A stretch of DNA of 41,217 bases from Ascoidea asiatica JCM 7603 (Eukaryota > Fungi > Ascomycota), in the NCBI GenBank assembly GCA_001600695.1, contig BCKQ01000019.1:231665-272881 (forward strand), given 5' to 3'. The notes beneath the pieces were generated by a model. The model did not search any database. It had not been told where the DNA came from and was given only the letters and a program-made list of their open reading frames with translations. Of the stretch, positions 33,481 through 41,217 are shown one piece after another. A program made the translations under genes and the position numbers. The first letter of the stretch is position 1. Each line of letters opens with the position of its first letter.

Positions 33481-33980
33481 TTGTGGATGTCAGAACAAAC
33501 AAATTGTAGCTAAAGAATCAGAGCTATATGTAAAGCAAAGGCTGTAGATTTTAGTATTTTGACCACGTGACCATCAGCTTTTGGCAAATTAAAACAATTT
33601 CCGATCAAATTAAACAACTATTTTTTTCTTTTTACAACCAGAGCAAACAAAAAAAAGCTCTTTCAAGTGTCAAATAAAGCAGCCGAACAATCGCAGAATC
33701 CAAAAAAAAGGAAAGTTGGTGAGCAACTTCAAAAACGTTTTTTTTGCAACGGATACTTTTATTAAGTTTTCCACTGTTTAACTTACTATCAGTTCTTAAT
33801 GCTTCTGTGTAGAATTGAAAAATTATAGTAATTTTGATTTTAAAACCATAACTAAAAATTATACAGATCTGTTCAATTATTGATTGTTATAATTACAAGT
33901 AACTAAGCTACTGAGTTGTTTTCCATACCTAAACAACAAATTCAATTTTTTTTTTCTTCCCTTAAACGAATCAACTTTAA

Positions 33981-34052
33981 GGTTGTATAGTGTAGTGGTG
34001 ATCACCTTCGGTTTTGATCCGGATAACCCCGGTTCGAGTCCGGGTACGACCT
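33981..34052 (+). tRNA. tRNA-Gln(UUG)
   Basis: GGTTGTA/TACGACC acceptor, ttTTGat loop, GTTCGAG T-loop, immediate T-run terminator. Confidence 0.97.
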
Positions 34053-34215
34053 TTTTTAAATTTTAATTGTTTTTTTTTTTCTTTCATGGCTTAAGTTTCT
34101 TTTACAGTAATTTTTTTCCGATTTGAGAAAATCGTGGCTTATAAAAACTCTGTTTGTATGGTAATTTCAAAGCTAGCTTTCAAATTGCTCAAAAAACAAA
34201 AAAATACAAGGAAAA

Positions 34216-34287
34216 TCCGTGATAGTTTAGTGGCTAGAATTGCCGCTTGTCGAGTGGCAGACCGGGGTTCAATTCCCCGTCGCCGAG
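34216..34287 (+). tRNA. tRNA-Asp(GUC), with C3.C70 mismatch
   Basis: TCCGTGA start, anticodon GTC at 34249-34251, GTTCAAT T-loop, G73 discriminator, T-run terminator. 3' strand is TCGCCGA rather than the pairing TCGCGGA. Confidence 0.92.
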
Positions 34288-35172
34288 TTCTTTTTTTTAT
34301 CAATTCTAAATTGACGATAGACTAAAGATATTTGAAATGGAATACAAATATTTAGTTCTATTTCAGATTATTAAATTTAATCAGAAATATCAAACGTTAT
34401 TAAAATATAACTGAAAAAAAGCCGGTATTTGAATGAGCAAATATCATTTATGAATGAATTCAATAAAATCTGGTCTACAAGTTAAATTACATTTTTTAAA
34501 CGAAAAAGATTTAATCATTTATATTTAAGAACATTTATAACAGAGCTGGAGTATTGTTTCATAGACATTATTACAGTTTGTTTATTATATTAATCCAATT
34601 TTCATAATTTTCAATATTAGCATTATCATCAAATTTAGCAGGTTAATTTCTTTGTTATATTAATATAAAATAATGATTGAATATTTATAATATCAATAAT
34701 TTGTTTACATATTATTGCTCTTTTTGGTATATAACTTAAATAAATTAAAAAAGAAATTCAAGAGTATTGCATATACAATAAATATAATTTAGAGTTAATG
34801 AAATTTTAAGTAAATTTCTTTCATTAAAACTTCAACACTATAAGAAATAAATATTTATACATTATTTGTCTTACAGGCTAATAATATTTTGACAAAATAT
34901 CAATCGAATATTAAAAACAGTTTTTAAATAAGCTGAATGTATTTTAGTACTTTTCATTTTCAATTTTATACAGTAGTGATTCTTTTTTCTATTTTATTTT
35001 CCGATCTTTACCTGAAGAAAGTCAAATATAAAACTAATAGGAAGCAAGAGTTTCCTAATTGGGAAAAATATATATTCTACGTCATGAGACCAAAAACTTG
35101 GAAGTTTTTATATTATTTTGTTATTTCTTTATCAATCATATAGTTTTATTATTGAATATTTATATCTAATAA

Positions 35173-35244
35173 AGCGCCGTGGCGCAGTGGAAGCGCATAG
35201 GGCTCATAACCCTAGGGTCCTTGGATCGAAACCAAGCGGCGCTA
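35173..35244 (+). tRNA. Initiator tRNA-Met(CAU)
   Basis: A1-U72, three G-C pairs in the anticodon stem (GGG/CCC), A54 T-loop (GATCGAAA): eukaryotic initiator hallmarks. Confidence 0.97.
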
Positions 35245-35338
35245 TTATTTTTTTCTCTATAATTTTTATAGGATATTATTTTTTATTTAATTGATTTTTT
35301 ATATAATAGGTATTATATTTATCTGGTGAGCCAATAAT

Positions 35339-36168
35339 TCAATGAATGAATTTTTTTAAAAACAGAAAAATACGAAATAAAATAAAAATTGCTGCAGAAA
35401 TGGTAAATTCAAAAATTGTAATACGTAATTGTATTTTAGTTACATCTAATTTTGATAAAATAAAACAAGAAATAAAAAATACAAGATAGCAAATACTTAA
35501 ATATTTTGGATTTCCATTAATTTGACTTAAATTTATTATAAAAACCATTGTAAATAAAATAGTTGAAAAATAATTGAAAAATTTTATCTTTGAATGTATA
35601 CCAATCAAATGATTTGAAAAAAATAAAACATTAAACCTAAGTAAATATTCAAGTAGAAAACAATAATTTTCCACATTTTTTTTAAAATCATCAACTTGAT
35701 TTGTATGATCTTCATAACTTTTATAAATAATTTTATTATCTTTAATTGAAAAGTATGAATTATAAACTTCTTTATAAATATCTGGAATTTCAAAAAATTT
35801 GATATTATTCCATTTAAAAGAATTTTGACAAAATATACATTTGATATCATTAGAACCTTTATTTTTTTCAATTAATTTCTTACATGATGGACATTCTTTA
35901 CAAAATAAATTTTTAAATCTTAGTAAATTTAAAAATTCAGGTGATAAATTTTGATTAAATTGACAACATTCTTCATTTGATTTATTTAATTCAGAAGATT
36001 TTTCATCACAATTAAAACAAAATTGATGATTTTTAGAACATTTTACTATAAATACATTTTTAACAAACTCTGAAGTATTATTATTTGTCAAATCATCATT
36101 ACTATAAATTCTATCTATATCTGTTTCATCATTTTCATTTACTATTAGATTAAAGTCATCACTGGCAC

Positions 36169-36203
<35 letters not shown>

Positions 36204-37177
36204 GTAGTAGTAGTAGTAGTAGAAATAATATTAATGGTAGTTTTGATATTAATGGCACCACCATTAATAACAGATAAATTAATAGTAATAGTTTGATTAT
36301 TATTCTCATTATTATTCACATTATTAGTTTGAGGACTATGATAGAATTGAATATCTTCATCTCTATTACTATCAATATTCTGATTAGTAATATTGTTATT
36401 GATTGTATCTTGAATGTCAGAAAAATTGAAATATTTTATATATTGATCACAAACAGGATTTCGGCAAGCTTTGATATCCGAATCTGGAGAATTTATGTAG
36501 AACTCAATAAGCTTTTTTGGATACTCTTTCAGGATTATGAGATTTAATTGAAAGAGATCATTTTCAGGATTGAAGTATAATCTTTGATGATTTTTGAATA
36601 ATTCAATGATATCATTGTTATTGAATTTTAAATTACATCCAGGTTCTATACAAACTAGAGAATTAATAGGATTTAAATTATTTTCAAAAATATTTATAAT
36701 ATAATGACTGTAGCATTTATAACAATATTTATGATGACATGTTAAACCAACCATATCATTATCTTTTAAATTTTCTTCAAAGCATATTTTACAATGACTA
36801 GGCTTTTCTTTTTTAGTTTTTGAAATATTACTATTACTAGGGGCTTTAGAATTATCTAGAATAATTCCATTTTCAATAAAAAATTTACTATGAGCAACAA
36901 AATCAACCTCATGATGTTCATCTTTTCCAATTTGCAAATTGTTAAAATCTTTAATGATTTCATCAAAATTGAAATTATATTTAAATAATAATATTTCAAC
37001 TAGATTCAAATCCTTTTCTTTAAATTTTAAAATCTTATTCAAATTTGATATCTTTAAATCAATTTCTTCTAATATATCCATGTTGGTAAGATTCTTGTAT
37101 TTCAATTCAGAAGTATTTGAAACATTTGTTAAAGATTGTTGTAACGGCGCTAAAGGAATTGATGTTATGACTGCCAT
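35339..37177 (-). CDS. Divergent RBR (RING-IBR-RING) E3-like protein with hydrophobic C-terminus; catalytic Cys replaced by Ser
   Basis: Ariadne/Hel1-like N-terminus (LKYKNLT..ILLFKYNFN). RING1 CKIC..TCHHKYCYKC..CIEPGC. IBR CRNPVC..[N/T-rich insert]..CSKNHQFCFNC. RING2 CPSC..EKNKGSNDIKCIFC. Then 3-4 hydrophobic stretches. Confidence 0.8.
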
Positions 37178-37774
37178 TGCCTGAACTAATAGATTAAACT
37201 AAAGGGATTGATTATATTAAAAAAAATCAAAAGTAATAAAATGATGTTTGAGGTGATATTAATTTAGTATATTACTAAATTGATCAGAGGAAAGAAGAAC
37301 TAAAATCTTATATATAAAAAAAAAAGAGGATATATTTAATGATTTATACATTGTAGTTTCCATTGTTTACCTTTGTGGAAATGCACCATATCAATGACCC
37401 CTTGTTCATAAGTTGGTTCATAGTGGCAATTTCTACTCACAAATATATTCCTGTATTTCTCTTCCTGTATTTATTGACAGCTGAGACAAAAAACAGTGGA
37501 TTCTTAAACTGCTCCAGTCACAGCACGCATTAATGTATTCATAGCACACTCAGCTGTCGTGGGACTTCTTCAAGGGTGGTGGATACTGGATGGTTTGGCT
37601 CTACTGATGAAATCTACTGATGAAATCTTTGGCATTTAATATGGATTTGAATTGAGTTTAAAGCATTTATAGAAATAATTAATCTAAAGTATTCAATTTA
37701 TTTAATCTAATTAAAATATATAATTATTATTTACAAGTTACAAAAGTTTAATCAAAGTAATTAGAATCATATAA

Positions 37775-38290
37775 CTATTTAGGAACTTTTAATCCAACTC
37801 TTGCTGCAGTTTTTTCAATTTTATCTTTTTGATCTTCAAATATTCCTGGATTATATCTAATAATTAATTCTTCATATTCTCTTTGATTTTTTAAATAAAT
37901 TGAAATATTTTTCATTAAAAGTTCACTTTTATTTGAACTTAATTCAAAATTTTCTTTATAAAATTGTGAAAAATAATCATTAAATATTAATTTTTCATTA
38001 TTTAAATCTAATTTTTTAAATTTAAAATCATTTATTTTTAAATTTTTTTTATTTTCAAATGCTTTAAGTAAACTATCTTTATCTTTAGTTATTTGTTCTT
38101 TAGTATTAGCATTATTGGATTCTTTTAATAATTGAAATTTTTTATATTGAAAAATTGCATTTTCTCTTTTAACTAATTCTTCTAAATGAGTTTCATTTGA
38201 GATTTTAAATTGTTTTACTAATTCTTTATATAAATCTTTATATGCTTTCTTAAATGTGCCTGAAACTTGGCTTACTGGAACTTGAACCAT
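37775..38290 (-). CDS. FMC1: Mitochondrial F1-ATPase assembly factor
   Basis: N-terminal LYR-like YKDLYKEL; C-terminal NI..YLKNQREYEELIIRYNPG...IEKTAARVGL.VP signature. Confidence 0.88.
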   Translation of the reverse strand: MVQVPVSQVSGTFKKAYKDLYKELVKQFKISNETHLEELVKRENAIFQYKKFQLLKESNNANTKEQITKDKDSLLKAFENKKNLKINDFKFKKLDLNNEKLIFNDYFSQFYKENFELSSNKSELLMKNISIYLKNQREYEELIIRYNPGIFEDQKDKIEKTAARVGLKVPK

Positions 38291-38544
38291 TGTAATGAAC
38301 TTTTACTGATTTTAATTAAATTCAACTAAAAGAACTAAAGATTATCTTCAATAAATTCTATTTTACTATCTTTTAATCAACTCAAGTTTTTGTAAGTGAT
38401 ATTGAAGTCAGGTGCAATTGTTTTTTATCCCGGAATATATATTTCCATATCAGGAACAATGCCAAAGCTTATTTTTTAATGCGGAGTATCTGTGGCTTGA
38501 AAGTTCGTTAACCTTTTATCCCGATAATGAAATTCCTGATACCA

Positions 38545-38551
38545 CGGGTAA
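38545..38551 (-). promoter_or_regulatory. Reb1-type site upstream of FMC1
   Basis: CGGGTAA (TTACCCG on the minus strand), ~255 bp upstream of the FMC1 ATG. Confidence 0.45.
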
Positions 38552-38640
38552 GGTATTGATTTATTTCTTACACCTTCGTCAATTGATAGAATTCATTTAT
38601 TTCTAAATCTTTCAATTGAACCAAATCTAAAATCTAAAAT

Positions 38641-39548
38641 CTAAAATAAATTATATTTCACAGGATTGAATTCCTCCAAGCTTGATAAAAGTTCTCCTTT
38701 ATTATCGATCAAACTTTTAACTTGTTCTTCCCCTAGAATCTTAACTGCTTCTGAATTAGGTACCCAAACAACTGAACATCCAGCAGCTGCACCACTTATT
38801 ACACCAGGCTTACCATCCTCAAAAACAATACATTCTTCAGGTTTGATTTCCTCTTCTGTATTAAGAATCTCATGAAACTCATTTAGTTCTTTCAATGCAA
38901 CTAACCAAATATCTGGAAATGGTTTACCTCTTCCCTTTGGAATCTTGGGATCATCACCAACAATAATAACATCAAATAAATCAAATCCATGACTTAAATG
39001 ATTCGTTTTTCTTTCAAAATTCAATCTATGTGAAGATGTTGCAACTGCCATAGGTATTTTATTTCTCTTCAAATTTAAAAGTAAATCCATAGATCCTGGT
39101 AGAAATTTACAACTCGGCCATTTACTTTCTTGTAATGAAACCATGCTTTTGAAAGCTTCCTCAACACTAATTACATCCTCACCAATATCATAACTTTCTA
39201 ATAACTTCTTAACCGAATCTAACCCAGGTCTACCTTGTAATTCAACCTTAACTTTCCATGTCAAAGGTCCTTTATTATATCTTTTGAGAAACTCATTTGT
39301 TACTTCCGTATACTTATCTTCACTATCAATAAGTAATCCATCCATATCTAATTATTTATATTTCCATTATGATTAGTAACCTTCTTGTAGAATGCATTAT
39401 ATTATTCGTTTTTCACTTACCAAAGAGACATGCTCTGATTTTTCTATATTATTATAATATTTATGTTTACTAGTTAGTCCATAGTTCTTTTTACTTCTTC
39501 AACATCAAATAATATAACAACTCACCTATTCCCAACGCTTTCACTCAT
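38641..39548 (-). CDS. HAD-family pseudouridine-5'-phosphatase (YKL033W-A/HDHD1-like), 3 exons: 39548-39526, 39443-39421, 39347-38641
   Basis: Splicing gives 250 aa MSESVGNRKIRACLFDMDGLLID..., restoring HAD motif I. Also ATSS, GKPFPDIW, VFEDG.PGV. Confidence 0.9.
39348..39420 (-). other. Spliceosomal intron 2 (73 nt) of the HAD gene
   Basis: GTAAGT ... TACTAAT ... TAG; removal creates CLFDMDG. Confidence 0.9.
39444..39525 (-). other. Spliceosomal intron 1 (82 nt) of the HAD gene
   Basis: GTGAGT ... GACTAAC ... TAG; removal preserves frame. Confidence 0.82.
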
Positions 39549-39879
39549 CTTGCTTCCCAATTTATCATTTATCTTATATCATATATTAATTACTATTTCT
39601 AATTCTTCATTTATCAAGAAATTAAATTTCAATTCCATCCCGGTCAATCAACTGTAATATGAATGTTAGATGTAATATTCAATTAATATAAATTCAAAAA
39701 CTACACTTAAATATGTAATAAATTATCTCAATATTCATTATAAAGATAATTATAAAGATAATTATAATGACAATTATATTAATATATATATATAAGTAAA
39801 GCAATAGATAGCAATGTTAAGAAAGATGGCAATAAATTTTGGAAAACTACTGAAGAAGAAATGAAATATAAACTTATAA

Positions 39880-40254
39880 TCATACATTGATAGTAATATT
39901 AAAATCTTCTAAAATCTCTAAATGATCCAAAACATACATTGCAATGATTTGACTAGAAATTTTTTTATTTCTATCAATGGCTCTAATAATTGGAATGCCA
40001 TTGATAACCAAAGTGGCTTGGATTCGATTATCCGATAATTTATCAATTATATATTTTATTGTTTGAATAGTACATGAAGATTGTCCCCTGGTAGTTAACA
40101 TAAGGTATAATCTTTCTTTTGCAGCGGTATCTGTCTTAAAATGATCACTAACTGGATTAATGAAATACATTTTTACATTTTGTTTTTCTTTATAAAAATT
40201 TGAATTATTTATTTTTGAAACATTTAAATCAAGATTATTGTTATTTGTGATCAT
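39880..40254 (-). CDS. Small ORF resembling a stand-alone dsRNA-binding domain (fungal Dcr1/Rnt1-type); possibly a gene remnant
   Basis: First ATG at 40254 (124 aa); the frame is open from 40392. Pattern D..AKERLYLML...IKY....IQATLVINGIPIIRAIDRNKKISSQIIAMYVLDH fits the alpha-beta-beta-beta-alpha dsRBD with the KK..(A/S) motif. Confidence 0.6.
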   Translation of the reverse strand: MITNNNNLDLNVSKINNSNFYKEKQNVKMYFINPVSDHFKTDTAAKERLYLMLTTRGQSSCTIQTIKYIIDKLSDNRIQATLVINGIPIIRAIDRNKKISSQIIAMYVLDHLEILEDFNITINV

Positions 40255-40301
40255 ATCAGTATAAATATCATTTTCATTGATTGTAGCAGTGGTAATAGCA
40301 A

Positions 40302-40337
<36 letters not shown>

Positions 40338-40426
40338 GCACAACAGTAGAAGTATCAAAAACAATATTATAAATATGTTCAATATGAAAAAATTATATAA
40401 CTTGGAATTGAATTCACCACTTTTTA

Positions 40427-41217
40427 TTATTCATTATACACTATTTTTACATAAAATCTAAGTGCATAAAAAATTAGACCAATTTCAACTATTGAAATAC
40501 ATACATGCACATCAGTTACATTCATCGCAGAATTTAGCCAACCAAAAATAGAACAAGAAATAATTGAAAAAAGCATATTAAATAATGCAAGATATGCAAA
40601 ACCAAAAAATAATGATCTAAAAGCAATGTAAAAAAAATTATACCACAAGCAGTTGCTACATAAAGTAAATCAAAAATTCTCATTTCTATACTCATCCAAA
40701 CAATAGAACAAAATATAAAAGTAATACAAAAAAAATAAAAAAAACCCATGGATAAACTTGGACCTTTTAAATTTTTAAAATATGGTTGAATTTGTCTCAT
40801 TTCTCTATATCTAGCATTTCTACTATTTTTAGTTGTAATATTTCCAGTATTTCTATTAGTTCTATTAATTCCAGTATTTAAAGGAAAATCTCTTGAAAAA
40901 TATTTTTCAGAATTTTCATAGGTAATTTTATTTTCTTCAATTGAATAATATAAAGTATATGCATCTTTATAAATATCTGGAATTTCAAAATAATCTTCTT
41001 TATTCGAATAAAAAGAAGTTTGACAAAAAGTACATCTCATATGAGCGCATCCTTTATTTTTTTCAATTAATCTTTTGCATGATGGGCATGGTTTACAAAA
41101 TAAATGTTTATATCTCAGAGAATTTAAAAATCCAGGTGATAATTTCCTAATAGATTGACAACATTTTTGATTTGAATCATTTGATATAGAAGATATTTGA
41201 TTACAATTAAAACAAAA
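40427..41217 (-). CDS. 3' part of a second RBR paralog (5' end outside window), catalytic GCAHM intact, frameshift at A8 run 40630-40637
   Basis: FCFNC..CCQ..LSP.FLN.LR.K.LFCKPCPSCKRLIEKNKGCAHMRCTFCQ..FEIPDIYK aligns with the 35339-37177 protein. The shifted frame 40427-40648 (ISCSI..NVT..ISIVE) aligns with that paralog's tail (ISCFI..DVT..ITIFE). Confidence 0.8.

Noticed and set aside
33560-33700. CDEI-like TCACGTG with a nearby CCGA as a point centromere
   Set aside because: No ~80-160 bp >90% AT CDEII followed by a proper CDEIII in the right orientation. More likely an ordinary Cbf1 site.
33317-34325. ORFs 33317-33502 and 34134-34325
   Set aside because: They overlap the tRNA-Thr and tRNA-Asp genes and are spurious.
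37476-37558. 10-bp inverted repeat GACAGCTGAG/CTCAGCTGTC as a MITE or ncRNA stem
   Set aside because: The core CAGCTG is self-palindromic, with no target-site duplication or extended pairing. At most two E-box-like sites.
1-41217. CRISPR arrays, intact transposons or LTRs, rRNA
   Set aside because: No repeat-spacer arrays, transposase/RT/integrase motifs, paired long repeats or rRNA-like sequence seen.

Overview
Very AT-rich nuclear DNA from a budding yeast (Saccharomycotina), judged from intron-poor genes, GTRAGT/ACTAAY/YAG introns and yeast-type tRNAs. Intact genes: an alcohol/N-acetyltransferase, NMD2/UPF2, RNA1, MRX15, ZTA1, a DsbA/thioredoxin-fold CxxS protein, two tandem B-type cyclins, PMC1, FMC1, a two-intron HAD pseudouridine-5'-phosphatase, and six tRNAs (Leu-TAA, Ile-AAT, Thr-TGT, Gln-TTG, Asp-GTC, iMet). 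There are three clear pseudogenes: Hsp70, a large GH106/GH2-like glycoside hydrolase and a sugar porter. The most unusual part is the right end. It holds two paralogous Ariadne/Hel1-like RBR ubiquitin ligases whose C-terminal Ariadne domain appears replaced by hydrophobic membrane segments. One has lost the RING2 catalytic Cys/His (GSND). The other keeps them (GCAH) but has a homopolymer frameshift. Just downstream of the second sits an orphan ORF resembling a lone Dicer/Rnt1-type dsRNA-binding domain. Non-coding signals include a SWI5-like Mcm1-Forkhead element, an 11-bp-phased Mig1/CreA site array, recurrent TGTCC(T) clusters and many short tandem duplications. All homology calls rest on recalled motifs; no database searches were run.
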